A stretch of DNA of 64,000 nucleotides, taken from contig CAWKMU010000003.1 in assembly GCA_963850905.1 (NCBI GenBank), positions 1,120,001 through 1,184,000 of the forward strand, in the 5' to 3' direction. Origin of the DNA: an uncultured Gemmatimonadales bacterium (GTDB lineage: Bacteria > Gemmatimonadota > Gemmatimonadetes > Gemmatimonadales > Gemmatimonadaceae). Within the stretch, counting starts at the first letter, position 1. Each line of letters begins with the position of its first letter. Made by a program: the position numbers and the translations under genes. Under the pieces are notes generated by a model. It was not told where the DNA came from and ran no database searches. It saw only the letters and a list, made by a program, of their open reading frames with translations. Below are positions 1 to 10,240 of this stretch, one piece after another.

Positions 1-1211
1 CCCGCGTCGATTCTCTCCGGCTCGGAGCGCACAGGCTCACGCTCGTCGGCGGGACCGTCGTCAATGCGGGCTTCCTCCGAGCTCTGGCACCAGACAGCGA
101 ATTTGCCGTGGCGCTCGTGACGGATTCGAGCGTCCGGGGCGGCGACTCAGCCGAGCTTGCATTCCCATTCATCGGCGCAGCACCCGGAGCTGCGGACACA
201 GCGCCACGCACAATTCGTCAAGCGCGATTCGTCATCACGCACTCCGACGCGGCGCTCACCGCCCTCAGACACAGCGTTGATCGGTGGTTCGTTGCGGCCG
301 TGGTCTTCGGGATCGTGATGGCGGTCGTTGGGGCAGGATGGCTTTCGGGACAAGTCAGCCGACCGCTGAGCCGCCTCGCCGACCTGACGACGAAAGTGGA
401 TCTGGATCGGTTAGACGTCGCGTTCGCGACGGAGCGACGCGATGAAGTTGGCGACCTATCTCGCCTGTTGGATGCGATGACGCGACGGCTGCGCGCGAGT
501 GCGACGCGGGTGCGTGACGCCGAGCGCCGGGCAATCGTGGGTGATCTCGCTCGCCAGGTGAACCACGACGTGAAGAACGGTCTCGTGCCCATTCGACACG
601 TGCTGCGACATCTGGCGCAGGTCGAGCGGGACGACCCGCAACAGCTCGCAGCGGTTTTCACCGCGCGACGCCAGACGCTCGACGCGAGCGTCGAATACCT
701 CGACGCGCTCGCCCGGAACTATGCGCGCTTGAGCCGCCCGATTGTCCGCCAGCCCTGCGACCTGAACGCGCTGGTCCGGGTCGCGGCGGCGACTGCCGCG
801 GCCGACGAGCGCATTCCGGTCCGTTTGGAGCTCGATGTGCAGGCTCCAGTCGTATCGACCGACGCGCTCGTGGTGCGACGGATCCTCGACAATCTGGTGA
901 GCAACGCGATGGATGCGGCTGGCTCGACAGGCGGTGCGGTCACCATCGCTACGCGAGACGGGGGGTCGGGGGCCGCGCGCGTCGTCGTCAATGATACCGG
1001 ACCGGGGATGACTGACGCGCAACTCGCGCGTGCGTTCGACGACTTTCACACCACGAAACCGAGCGGCATCGGACTTGGCCTGTCGATCGTGCGCCGGCTG
1101 ACCAGCGACCTCGGTGCGACTTTGCGTGTCGATACGGAGCCCGGCCGCGGCACGACGGTGGAACTCGCCTTCCCGGCCGGCGCAGGGCTACCGCCCGCCG
1201 TGGCACGCTAG
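1..1211 (+). CDS. Membrane sensor histidine kinase (HAMP-HisKA-HATPase), 5' end probably outside window
   Basis: TM helix, HAMP (RRDEVGDL), H-box (QVNHDVKNGL), N-box (NLVSNA), G1/G2 boxes (DTGPG, GIGLGL); ORF track 108..1211. Confidence 0.93.
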   Translation, partial: RVDSLRLGAHRLTLVGGTVVNAGFLRALAPDSEFAVALVTDSSVRGGDSAELAFPFIGAAPGAADTAPRTIRQARFVITHSDAALTALRHSVDRWFVAAVVFGIVMAVVGAGWLSGQVSRPLSRLADLTTKVDLDRLDVAFATERRDEVGDLSRLLDAMTRRLRASATRVRDAERRAIVGDLARQVNHDVKNGLVPIRHVLRHLAQVERDDPQQLAAVFTARRQTLDASVEYLDALARNYARLSRPIVRQPCDLNALVRVAAATAAADERIPVRLELDVQAPVVSTDALVVRRILDNLVSNAMDAAGSTGGAVTIATRDGGSGAARVVVNDTGPGMTDAQLARAFDDFHTTKPSGIGLGLSIVRRLTSDLGATLRVDTEPGRGTTVELAFPAGAGLPPAVAR

Positions 1212-1222
1212 CTTCCGCGCTC

Positions 1223-2584
1223 ATGGCGACCGTCCTCGTCTGCGACGACAACGCGCCCCTCGCGCAGCAGTACGCGTACGATCTCCGGAGACTCGGTGGG
1301 TACGACGTGCTCATTGCGTCTAGCGGTGACGCGGCGCTCGATGTCCTCACTCGCGAGGGGGTCGATTGCGTGATTCTCGATCTCGAGATGCCGGGGACCG
1401 ACGGCTTCGCGGTGATGCGTGGGATGCGCGAGCGGGGTGTGCACGTACCCGTGATTGTCTACACTGGTACGGGCAACTTCGACCGCTGCGTGCAGGCGAT
1501 TCGCGCGGGCGCGTACAACTTCATCGACAAAGATGAACCGGTCGAGCGCGTTGCCCGCGAGGTCGAGAACGCCATCGAGCGGCGTGCCATCCTCGGCGAG
1601 GTCGCACTCCTGCGCCGATATGCGGCGGACGAGAGCGCCCTGATTGGAACGAGCGGTCCAATGCGCGGTCTCAAAGACGCGATCGCGCGCATCGCGCCAA
1701 TACCGAGTCCCGTGCTCATCGTTGGAGAGAGCGGATCGGGAAAGGAGCTGGTGGCTCGCGACGTCCACCGTCTGAGCGGCCGCGCGCGGGAACCCTTCGT
1801 CGCGGTCAACTGCGCGGCGCTCCCGGAGCAATTGGTGGAAAGCGAGTTGTTCGGCCACGAGCGCGGCGCATTCACCGGCGCCCAGACCATGCGCAAGGGT
1901 GCTTTCGAGAGTGCCGGGCGCGGCACCCTGTTCCTGGACGAAATCGGCGAGCTCCCCGCCTCCGCGCAGGCGAAGCTGCTCCGGGTGCTCGAGAATCGGC
2001 AGGTCGTACGACTTGGCAGCACACGCACGATCGATGTACCGGCGCGAGTGATCGCCGCGACGAATCGGGACCTGGCAGTCGAAACGCAGGCCGCGCGCTT
2101 TCGCCGGGACCTGCTCTTCCGCCTCAATGTTCACGAGCTCAACGTCCCGCCGCTGCGTGATCGTCTGTCCGACCTTCCCGAGATCGTTGAACGGCTGCTC
2201 CCTATGATATGCGAACGGTTTGGACTCCGCCTGAAACGACTTGCTCCCGACGTGTTACCCGTCCTGTTGGACTACCACTGGCGACAGAACAACGTCCGCG
2301 AGCTGCGGAACGCCGTGGAGCGGATGGTGATCGCGGCCAATGGGGATGTCATCGGACCCGAGCACGTGCCGGCCGACATCCGTGACCACGCCGTACCGCA
2401 TACCTCCGCGCCGGCTCGCAGCTTCATTGACCGGAAGGCTGACGCCGAGCGGCGCATCGTCATCGAAGCACTCGAACGCAACGCCTGGCACATCACGCGC
2501 ACTGCGCAGGATCTGGAGCTTGCCGACCACGCGAGTCTGCTGAAGATCATGCGGAGGCTCGGGATCCAGAACGACCGGGGATAG
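1223..2584 (+). CDS. Sigma-54-dependent NtrC-family response regulator
   Basis: Receiver domain (CDD..ILDLEMP), Walker A GESGSGKE, GAFTGA loop, Walker B LFLDEI, C-terminal Fis-like HTH. Confidence 0.96.
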   Translation: MATVLVCDDNAPLAQQYAYDLRRLGGYDVLIASSGDAALDVLTREGVDCVILDLEMPGTDGFAVMRGMRERGVHVPVIVYTGTGNFDRCVQAIRAGAYNFIDKDEPVERVAREVENAIERRAILGEVALLRRYAADESALIGTSGPMRGLKDAIARIAPIPSPVLIVGESGSGKELVARDVHRLSGRAREPFVAVNCAALPEQLVESELFGHERGAFTGAQTMRKGAFESAGRGTLFLDEIGELPASAQAKLLRVLENRQVVRLGSTRTIDVPARVIAATNRDLAVETQAARFRRDLLFRLNVHELNVPPLRDRLSDLPEIVERLLPMICERFGLRLKRLAPDVLPVLLDYHWRQNNVRELRNAVERMVIAANGDVIGPEHVPADIRDHAVPHTSAPARSFIDRKADAERRIVIEALERNAWHITRTAQDLELADHASLLKIMRRLGIQNDRG

Positions 2585-2716
2585 AGCCCTCCAGACCGCA
2601 CCGGATTCGGGGCAGGACATTGCAGTGGCAAACGCCAACCGGAACGGCCGGCGGCCTGAAGGCCGCCCTCGGGTAGTGTCGAACATGAATCAATCTCGCC
2701 GGGCGCACGGAACCGT

Positions 2717-2768
2717 CGTGTCCATCGGAACACGATCGACCTTCCGCCGACGTGTCCATTCGCACACG
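2717..2768. promoter_or_regulatory. Two palindromic CGTGT-N8-ACACG sites, candidate enhancer (UAS) pair
   Basis: CGTGTCCATCGGAACACG (2717-2734) and CGTGTCCATTCGCACACG (2751-2768), 34 bp apart. Confidence 0.6.
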
Positions 2769-2863
2769 AACGGCACACCAGGAATCCGCGAACTGCTCCG
2801 CGCCAGGCGTGTAAGCGCAGTGTCTGCAACGATCTAGGATTGGCGGTCGTGACCTCCTCTGGT

Positions 2864-2879
2864 CCGGTCGGCCCCTTGC
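2864..2879 (+). promoter_or_regulatory. Candidate sigma-54 -24/-12 promoter
   Basis: ccGGtcggccccttGC: GG-N10-GC with TTGC; downstream RBS AGGAGG before ATG 2947. Confidence 0.5.
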
Positions 2880-2946
2880 CTTTCCGGGGGGCATCCACCG
2901 GCAGCACCGACTCGCGCCTCCGGGCGCACCACAGGAGGAGGTCCAT

Positions 2947-3849
2947 ATGTACCGCCACACGAACCAATCTCGGTATCCCTTCAGCCGCCCCTCGGGGGAA
3001 GGGCGGGCGGCCGTCGGCAGTCTCGCCGCGGCGGCAGTCGTCGTCGCGATCATCGTCGCGTGTGAGCACGGCCGAACACCCCAACAAGCGAATGGCAGCG
3101 TTGCGACTTCAGCGGCCACTGAGCCCGTGGCGCTGACCCCAGCTTCAGCCGCTCCAACAGCGACGGTGCGGACGGTCTCGCCTGACGTCTCGTACGCGAC
3201 TGCGGAGTCGGCGTACACCGATCGCCACTATCCGGCCGCGACGGAGATGTTCACGGCATACACACTGCGACGTCCCGAGAATCCATGGGGGTACTACATG
3301 CTGGGTCTCTCGGCGTGGCATGCCGGTCAGCTCGATCGCGCACAGCACGCGTTCGAGAACGTGATCGCACGAGACCCGCGACACGTGAAAGCGCTCGTCA
3401 ATCTGGCGCGGGTCCTTCTGGAGCAAGACCAGGCGACGGACGCCCTCGCACGAGTCAACGAGGCGCTGGCGATCGATTCCGGGCTCGGGGAAGGCTGGCG
3501 CGTGCTGGGTCGGACCCAAGCGCAGCTCGGTCACACTGACGCGGCCATCGACGCCTACCATCAGGCGCTGACCATCGACTCGTCCGACGTCTGGTCACTG
3601 AACAACCTGGGCCTCGTGTTGATCGACGCGGGCCGGTTCAGCGACGCCGTCGAGCCATTGAGTCGCGCCGCTCAGCTCGATAGCACGGTCCCCGCGTTCA
3701 GCAACAACCTGGGCATCGCGCTCGAACGGGGCGGTCAACTCGATGCCGCCGCCAAGGCGTATCAGCAAGCCCTGTCGGCAGATAGCGGGTACGTGAAGGC
3801 GCGTGTCAGCCTTGAGCGGCTCAAGGGGAAGGGCGTTGGCGGGTGCTGA
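2947..3849 (+). CDS. Tetratricopeptide-repeat protein, probable lipoprotein
   Basis: Hydrophobic N-terminal segment ending IIVAC, Ala/Thr/Pro linker, multiple TPR repeats; strong RBS. Confidence 0.85.
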   Translation: MYRHTNQSRYPFSRPSGEGRAAVGSLAAAAVVVAIIVACEHGRTPQQANGSVATSAATEPVALTPASAAPTATVRTVSPDVSYATAESAYTDRHYPAATEMFTAYTLRRPENPWGYYMLGLSAWHAGQLDRAQHAFENVIARDPRHVKALVNLARVLLEQDQATDALARVNEALAIDSGLGEGWRVLGRTQAQLGHTDAAIDAYHQALTIDSSDVWSLNNLGLVLIDAGRFSDAVEPLSRAAQLDSTVPAFSNNLGIALERGGQLDAAAKAYQQALSADSGYVKARVSLERLKGKGVGGC

Positions 3850-3852
3850 ACT

Positions 3853-3966
3853 GCGGGTTTGGGGTCTGGGGTTTGGGGTAACGGCAAAACACTTGAGGGC
3901 CAGTGGCCGATCACGGTCGCTGGCCCTCGATCTTTGTCCACCCCAGACCCCAGACCCTAAACCCGC
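3853..3966. repeat. Palindromic element: (TGGGGTY)n arms around GAGGGCCAG..CTGGCCCTC hairpin
   Basis: Inverted heptamer arms read directly; close relative at 6167-6280. Confidence 0.85.
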
Positions 3967-4026
3967 CGTTTAGGCCCTTGCTCTAACCGTGGAACACACC
4001 GCAATCTCCGGTAAACCGACCAGGGG

Positions 4027-6162
4027 GTGGCCATGCGCTCGTACGGCACCGAGGGAATCCGCAACGTGGCTGTAGTTGGTCACGGCGACTCTGGGAAAAC
4101 GCAATTAGTCGCCGCCTGCCTGTATACCGCGGGGATGACGCCGCGACTTGGCAAGGTGAGCGACGGGTCGACCGTGACTGATTGGGACGAGGAGGAGATC
4201 CATCGAAAGATCTCCATTCAAACCGGCGTTGCATACGCCGAGTGGACGCCGAAGGACGGCGGCGAGCCTACGAAGGTGAACCTGCTGGACACGCCCGGCT
4301 ACTCGACCTTCATCAACGACACGAAAGCCGCGATGATCGCAGCCGATGCGGCGCTCGTCGTCATCGACGCGGCCGCGGGGGTACAGGTCGTCACGGAAAA
4401 GGTCGCGGAGTTCGTCTCCGAGTACGATCTCCCCCGAGCCTTCGTGCTGAACCGGATGGATCGGGAGCTCGCAAGCTACGAGCGGTCGCTCAATTCCGTG
4501 CGCGATGCGTTTGGACGTGGTGTTGTGCCCGTGCATCTGCCGATCGGCGAGGAGAGGAAATTCCACGGCATTGTCGACCTCGTGACCATGCAGGCGCTCC
4601 TGTACACTCCCGATGGCGACGGCAAGCCGACATGCCAGGACATCCCGGAGGAGATGGCCGGCGCCGCAAAGGCCGCGCACGAGGCGCTCGTGGAAATGGT
4701 GGCAGAAGGCGACGATGCGCTCATGCAAGAGTTCTTCGACGAAGGGACACTGCCCGTCCCGGACTTGAAAAAGGGCCTCCGGGAAGCCGTGCAGAGCAAG
4801 CGCCTCTTCCCCGTCCTCATCGCGTCGGGCGTGCACAACATCGCGGCCGATGCCGTGCTCGATTTCATCGTCGAGGTGCTGCCTCCGCCGTCCGCGCGTG
4901 GCACCGCCATGGCGACCACGCAACTCGAGGACGGAGAGGTTGTGCGCCGCGCGATCCGAGACAGCGAGCCGCTCTCGCTCTTCGCGTACAAGACGCTCGC
5001 AGACCCGTTCGCCGGGCGCATCACGTATTTCAAGGTGATGTCCGGCGTGCTGAAGAACGATGCGACGGTCCAGAACTACGTGCGGAACACGTCCGAGCGC
5101 ATGCAGCATCTGCAGATCATGCAGGGGAAGACCGCGACGCCGGTGGCCGAGCTGCATGCGGGCGACCTGGGTGCGGTCGCGAAGCTCAAGGACACGCTGA
5201 CGGGCGATACGCTCGGGGACAAGCATGCGCCCCTGTTCTACGAGAGGGCGCGCCTCCCGGAGCCGTCGATCACCTTCGCGGTCGAGCCAAAGACACGCGC
5301 GGACGAGGACCGCATTGGCACCGCGATCCACCGCATCCTCGACGAGGACTCGATCCTGCGCTTTTCACGCGACCCGCAGACCAAGGAGTTCCTGTTGGCT
5401 GGCGCAAGCCAGCAGCACATCGAGGTGGTGGTCGCGAAGTTGCGCAAGCGCTACCACGTCGAGCTCACGCTGAAGCCGCCCAAGGTTGCGTACCGAGAGA
5501 CGATTCGGGGCAGAGCGGAGGCCGAGGGTCGTCACAAGAAACAGAGCGGCGGGCACGGCCAATTCGGTGTCTGCAAGATCAAACTGGAGCCGCTGCCGCG
5601 GGGCAGCGGGATCGAATTCGTGGACGACATTGTCGGCGGCGCCATCCCGCGGACATGGATCCCGTCGGTCGACCGCGGCGTGCGCGAGGCAGCAGAACGC
5701 GGTTACCTGGCGGGCTTCCCGGTGGTGGATTTCCGCGTGCGCCTGTACGACGGGAAATACCACGACGTCGACTCGTCGGATATTGCGTTTCAGATCGCCG
5801 GCTCGCTCGCGTTCAAGGAGGCGATGAGTCAGGCGCGTGCCGCGCTGCTGGAGCCGCTGATGCAAGTCGAAGTGCGGGCGCCCGACCAGTACTCCGGCGC
5901 CCTACTCGGTGATATCAGCGGCCGACGCGGTCGCATCAGTGGCAGTGAGACGCGTGGCCACACGGTCATCATCAAGGCGCTCGTCCCGCTCGCCGAGATG
6001 CTGAGCTACGGCACCGACCTCACCTCGATGACGCAGGGGCGTGGGAGTTTCTCGATGGACTTTTCCCACTACGACTACGTCCCGAACGAGATCGCGGACA
6101 AAGTCGTCACTGCGCACAAGCCTCACGCACATGTGGAGACGGACGATGTGCACGTGCGGTAA
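4027..6162 (+). CDS. fusA: Elongation factor G-like protein (EF-G2 type)
   Basis: G1 GHGDSGKT, DTPG, NRMD, domain IV HKKQSGGHGQF and YHDVDSS; divergent G motifs and location outside the str operon indicate a second copy. Confidence 0.92.
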   Translation: MAMRSYGTEGIRNVAVVGHGDSGKTQLVAACLYTAGMTPRLGKVSDGSTVTDWDEEEIHRKISIQTGVAYAEWTPKDGGEPTKVNLLDTPGYSTFINDTKAAMIAADAALVVIDAAAGVQVVTEKVAEFVSEYDLPRAFVLNRMDRELASYERSLNSVRDAFGRGVVPVHLPIGEERKFHGIVDLVTMQALLYTPDGDGKPTCQDIPEEMAGAAKAAHEALVEMVAEGDDALMQEFFDEGTLPVPDLKKGLREAVQSKRLFPVLIASGVHNIAADAVLDFIVEVLPPPSARGTAMATTQLEDGEVVRRAIRDSEPLSLFAYKTLADPFAGRITYFKVMSGVLKNDATVQNYVRNTSERMQHLQIMQGKTATPVAELHAGDLGAVAKLKDTLTGDTLGDKHAPLFYERARLPEPSITFAVEPKTRADEDRIGTAIHRILDEDSILRFSRDPQTKEFLLAGASQQHIEVVVAKLRKRYHVELTLKPPKVAYRETIRGRAEAEGRHKKQSGGHGQFGVCKIKLEPLPRGSGIEFVDDIVGGAIPRTWIPSVDRGVREAAERGYLAGFPVVDFRVRLYDGKYHDVDSSDIAFQIAGSLAFKEAMSQARAALLEPLMQVEVRAPDQYSGALLGDISGRRGRISGSETRGHTVIIKALVPLAEMLSYGTDLTSMTQGRGSFSMDFSHYDYVPNEIADKVVTAHKPHAHVETDDVHVR

Positions 6163-6166
6163 TGAA

Positions 6167-6280
6167 GCGGGTTTGGGGTCTGGGGTTTGGGGTCTAGGGT
6201 GAACAAACCGAAGGGCCAGTGCGGCGATCTGTCACTGGCCCTGGTGTTCGTTCACCCCATACCCCAGACCCCAAACCCGC
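6167..6280. repeat. Palindromic heptamer-arm element (relative of 3853-3966), between convergent genes
   Basis: GCGGGTTTGGGGTCTGGGG..GAACAAAC-AGGGCCAGTG..CACTGGCCCT..CCCCAGACCCCAAACCCGC. Confidence 0.85.
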
Positions 6281-6282
6281 CT

Positions 6283-6645
6283 TTAGCACCCGTCGACCAA
6301 CTCGATCTTATCTGGGCCGTTGGGCACCACGCACAGGAACTCGAAGTTCTCTCCCTCGTGGGCCTTATACCAGTGTGGCGTGCCTGCCGGGATGTAGAGC
6401 ACATCGCCACGGCTCACCTCCACGGTCCGATCGCCAATCCCGATCGTCGCTCGGCCTGCCAATACGTACTGCTCGTGCTCGACGGTATTGGTGTGCGGCG
6501 GCATCCCTCCGCCCGGTTGCATCACGAACCGCCGCATCGCGAAATGCGGCCCTTCGTTGGGTCCGATCAGGACCTGGCGTGTGGTCTTGGTACCCGCAGC
6601 AACCGCTTCCTGCGGCACATTGGCTGAATGACGGACTGAGGACAT
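6283..6645 (-). CDS. Cupin domain protein
   Basis: Cupin motifs PHTNTVEHEQYV and GDVLYIPAGTPHW. Confidence 0.9.
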   Translation of the reverse strand: MSSVRHSANVPQEAVAAGTKTTRQVLIGPNEGPHFAMRRFVMQPGGGMPPHTNTVEHEQYVLAGRATIGIGDRTVEVSRGDVLYIPAGTPHWYKAHEGENFEFLCVVPNGPDKIELVDGC

Positions 6646-6661
6646 GGGGGAAAGTTAACGA

Positions 6662-6754
6662 CAGGGGTCAGGGGTCAGGGGAACGACCCCGACACGCCGT
6701 ATTGCGCGCGTGGTCGTTGGTCCCTGACCCCTGACCCCTGACCCCTGGTCCCTG
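6662..6754. repeat. Palindromic element with (AGGGGTC)n / (GACCCCT)n arms
   Basis: Inverted heptamer arrays enclosing AACGACC..GGTCGTT stem, just downstream of the kinase gene. Confidence 0.85.
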
Positions 6755-6766
6755 CGGTTATCATCG

Positions 6767-9415
6767 TCACCGTGCGCTTTGGTTTGCTCGCGCGAGCTGT
6801 TCGACCATCGCCGGGAACCCCGTTATCACCTTTAGGGTTGCGGACTGACGCTCCGGGCTGTTGAGCAACACCAAGAGCCGGCCGTCAGGACTTATCGCGT
6901 GGTTCCAGGAGAACGACGACAAGAACGAGCCTTCGACAAGGAGCTGGGGCCGGTCCGCCCGGAACCCTCCGGCTGTCGAGAGATGCACGCGATAATAGCC
7001 AGACCCGTTGCGATAAATGACGGCATCGCCCTGGGGGGTCCACACGGGCATCTGGCCCCGCTCCGCGATTGCGTAAACTGCGCCCGTCGGTGGCACTGGG
7101 GACACGCCGACGCTGCCGTCGACTCCACCCCACGCCAGCCACCGTCCATTCGGCGAGAAGCTCGCCGCAACTCCTCGCGCCGGCACTCGCGTTCGAGTCG
7201 TGTCGGCGCCGAGTGATCGCAGGTACAAATCCCCCGTGCGCCAATCGGAAAAGACGAACGAGCGTCCGTCAGGAGCGACCGTCATGTACGATGCTCCTGG
7301 GAGGCGGACGTCCGTCCCCTGGCCGGTCTCGAGCGATTGAATGCGCGCGCCGTAACTCTTGAACTGTACGGGATCCCAGAGGCCGATCATGATTTCTCGA
7401 CTCGACGGCGGGACCCACGAAGCCGGAAATGCGCGATAGTTGCCCGCGACAGGAACGGTCTGCCTGACACCGTTGGCAAGATTCATCAACAGCACTCGCC
7501 ACCCACCAACAGCATCCCGCACTTGCACGGCGAGCGTGGTACCGTCGGGCGAGATCCTCGGTTGGTTGTAGGCATCGCGCGGAAAGGGAAGCGTATCGAT
7601 CCGACCTTGAGGTGTGACGAAGGCGATTGTGTTGTAGACCTGATTCGTGCCGGGCACATAGACCAGCGTCCCGTCGTGGGCGATCGCGAACTCGCCATAC
7701 CCAAAACCAGCTTCCATGCGCACGCCGCTGGTGAGTGGCACCGGACCGCCTGCCACCCGTCGCTTCGAACCGTCGAAAGGCAATGCGGTCAACACGCCGT
7801 CCCCTGCGCCATAGACGAGATATCCGGGCTCCACCCAGTGGGGGCTGGTACCAAACAGGAGGTCCGACTGCCCGACATCACCCATTGGCAACACCCCGCG
7901 CCGCGTGACGGCGAGCTCGGTGCCCTCCGAAAGCGACAGCAGCGCGAGCTGTCCGGAGCTGAGCTGTCCGACTGCCCACCGACCACCGGGCAGTACATTG
8001 GGAGTACCGAACTGCGTCGTTAGGCGAACAATCGAATCGGCCGCAGTCCCGTTGGCCGTTACCCAGTGCAGGTCGAACCCCTCGTTCTCGAACACGAGGA
8101 TACGGCTCGGCGTCGGCCAGGCAGCTCCAGTAATGCGGTCGACGACCCCGAGGGTCGCCGGCGTACCGCCTCCGGCGGCGACCTTCCGAAGGAGGTTGCC
8201 GGAGAAAAATCCGATCCAGGCACCATTGGGGGAAAAGAAGGGGAGATACGCTCCTTCCGTACCCGGCAGGATGATCGCAGAATCGCCGTCGAACGGCCGC
8301 ATTGCCAGCGCTGTGGTTCCGCTGTGCGGCACGACGTACACGAGGCGGTCGCCGGCAGGCGCGATAGCAATTGCCGTCTGCCACCCCAAGGCTGACGTCG
8401 GTCCCGTGAGTGCGACGGGCGCATCGGTCGGGAGCACAAGATTCCAGCGTCGGACGGTGGAGGGCGCCCCTGGGTTCATCAGTCTCGCGACTGCGATACC
8501 GATCACGATTCCCGCGCACGCGGCGAGCAGCGGAATGATGTGATGGCGTCGCACACCCTTTCGCACTCGTGGCTGAGACGAAGGGCCCGCTGTCAACGCA
8601 GCGGCGAAGTTCGCAGCCGTCGCGAATCGGTCGGCGGGGATCGGCTCGAGCGCGCGGTGGATCGCGGCGGCCGCGGCTGGTGGCACGGTGCGGCGGCGCT
8701 CATCGAGCGGCTTCGCCTCGGTCGTCATCATCGCGGCAATGACCGCCTGCGTCGTCACCCCGGTGAACGGCGGATCGCCGCACAGCATCTCGTAGGCGAC
8801 GCACGCGAGGGCGTAGATATCGCTGCGTGCATCGATCGCCCGCTCGCCGGTCGCATGCTCCGGGCTCATGTAGCTCGGCGTGCCAACGAAGATGCCACTG
8901 TGCGTGAGTCGTTCTCCACCGGAGGTGCTCACGGCGAGCGCGATGCCAAAGTCCGCGAGCATCGGCTGCCCATCGTGCAGAAGAATGTTTTCGGGCTTGA
9001 TGTCGCGATGCAGAACGCCATGCCGGTGGGCGTAGTCGAGGGCGCCTGCGACTGCGCGGGTGATGGAGAGGGCCTCGTCGACCGGAAGTTGGTGCTCGCG
9101 CCTCAGGCGCTCTCGCAGCGACTCGCCCGGCACGAATGGCATGACGTAGTACAGCAGGTCGCCAGCCGCGCCCGAGTCATAGAGGGGCACGATGTGGGGG
9201 TGCTGGAGCTGTGCGGTGAGGTGAATCTCGCGCAGGAATCGATCAGCGCCCAGCAGCGACGATAGCTCGGGGCGCAGCATTTTCACCGCGACCTCTCGCT
9301 CGTGTTTGATGTCGGTGGCGACGAACACGATTGCCATGCCGCCCTCTCCCAGCTGCCGTTGGATGCGGTAGCGCCCGGAGAGGCTCGCCTCGAGTTGCTC
9401 TTGGAGACTCGGCAC
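6767..9415 (-). CDS. Hanks-type Ser/Thr kinase with TM helix and TolB/PD40-like beta-propeller
   Basis: GEGGMA, VAVK, HRDIKPEN, DFG, SPE motifs; TM segment; repeated SPDG/SPNG propeller motifs; GTG start. Confidence 0.93.
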   Translation of the reverse strand: MPSLQEQLEASLSGRYRIQRQLGEGGMAIVFVATDIKHEREVAVKMLRPELSSLLGADRFLREIHLTAQLQHPHIVPLYDSGAAGDLLYYVMPFVPGESLRERLRREHQLPVDEALSITRAVAGALDYAHRHGVLHRDIKPENILLHDGQPMLADFGIALAVSTSGGERLTHSGIFVGTPSYMSPEHATGERAIDARSDIYALACVAYEMLCGDPPFTGVTTQAVIAAMMTTEAKPLDERRRTVPPAAAAAIHRALEPIPADRFATAANFAAALTAGPSSQPRVRKGVRRHHIIPLLAACAGIVIGIAVARLMNPGAPSTVRRWNLVLPTDAPVALTGPTSALGWQTAIAIAPAGDRLVYVVPHSGTTALAMRPFDGDSAIILPGTEGAYLPFFSPNGAWIGFFSGNLLRKVAAGGGTPATLGVVDRITGAAWPTPSRILVFENEGFDLHWVTANGTAADSIVRLTTQFGTPNVLPGGRWAVGQLSSGQLALLSLSEGTELAVTRRGVLPMGDVGQSDLLFGTSPHWVEPGYLVYGAGDGVLTALPFDGSKRRVAGGPVPLTSGVRMEAGFGYGEFAIAHDGTLVYVPGTNQVYNTIAFVTPQGRIDTLPFPRDAYNQPRISPDGTTLAVQVRDAVGGWRVLLMNLANGVRQTVPVAGNYRAFPASWVPPSSREIMIGLWDPVQFKSYGARIQSLETGQGTDVRLPGASYMTVAPDGRSFVFSDWRTGDLYLRSLGADTTRTRVPARGVAASFSPNGRWLAWGGVDGSVGVSPVPPTGAVYAIAERGQMPVWTPQGDAVIYRNGSGYYRVHLSTAGGFRADRPQLLVEGSFLSSFSWNHAISPDGRLLVLLNSPERQSATLKVITGFPAMVEQLARANQSAR

Positions 9416-9508
9416 GGTGCAACGAGAGGCTACGGATCAGGGCCGGGGCGTGGGCCCCGCGCCCTGATCCGCGACTCGGTCGACTTCCTCACTAATCGCG
9501 GCGCTCGG

Positions 9509-10240
9509 CTATCCTCCGTAGCAATACGTGCACCCCTTCTCCTGGGCACGGTTCACGGCCAGCACGCCGACCGGCACGAGCGTCATCCCGGGCAACAGAT
9601 TTTGAGTCCAGTCTTGCTTGGCAGCGTCGGCGCTTACCCCGGCACCTTTCGCCGCCATACCGCTCAAGACGGTCAGCGCGACGTTGCACACGGTGAAGAT
9701 CACCCCGCGATTGGTCAACGTCGGGATGTCGGAGCCCGGGGCTCTGACGCCATCCGCATGCGTGTACGGGTTGCGCACAGCGGGCGCGTTCGTGACGGGG
9801 TCGGTGACTTTGAATGTCTCGCCGATCTTGTACTTGGCCCACATGGCATCGGGCAGTGCCATGGGCATGGAGAAGTGCCGGAAGCCCACGACCGCCGTCA
9901 GATCCTTGTCGGTCAACCCGTAGGCTACGTGGTTGAGGTCGAGGAAGTTCATTGCGAACGCCAGTGCGAACCCGTCATTGTAGGTCACGGCATCAAAGAA
10001 CTGCTTGTGCTTCCCTGTGATCTTGTCGAGCCACGCGTCGCTCCAGGGGGCTCGCGCGTGGCCGGCGCCCATGGATGGTGCACTCATGCTCGCGAACGCC
10101 TCACCCGGCGCGAAGGGAATCGCGGCCGCGGCAAGTGCAACAGCGCCGACGCCGAGTTGCTCGAGAAACTCTCGCCGGCGCGCGGTCGCACCGGGCACCT
10201 CCAACGGTGCCACCTGGTTGTGCTCGAGTCTGCTCTGCAT
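9509..10240 (-). CDS. Tat-exported protein, DsrE/F-like fold
   Basis: RRREFL twin-arginine signal with AFA cleavage site; FTVCNVAL and AQEKGCTYC resemble DsrE-like proteins. Confidence 0.6.
   Translation of the reverse strand: MQSRLEHNQVAPLEVPGATARRREFLEQLGVGAVALAAAAIPFAPGEAFASMSAPSMGAGHARAPWSDAWLDKITGKHKQFFDAVTYNDGFALAFAMNFLDLNHVAYGLTDKDLTAVVGFRHFSMPMALPDAMWAKYKIGETFKVTDPVTNAPAVRNPYTHADGVRAPGSDIPTLTNRGVIFTVCNVALTVLSGMAAKGAGVSADAAKQDWTQNLLPGMTLVPVGVLAVNRAQEKGCTYCYGG

Noticed and set aside
2650..2668. Hairpin as a dedicated terminator or operator
   Set aside because: It is a truncated copy of the REP at 49602
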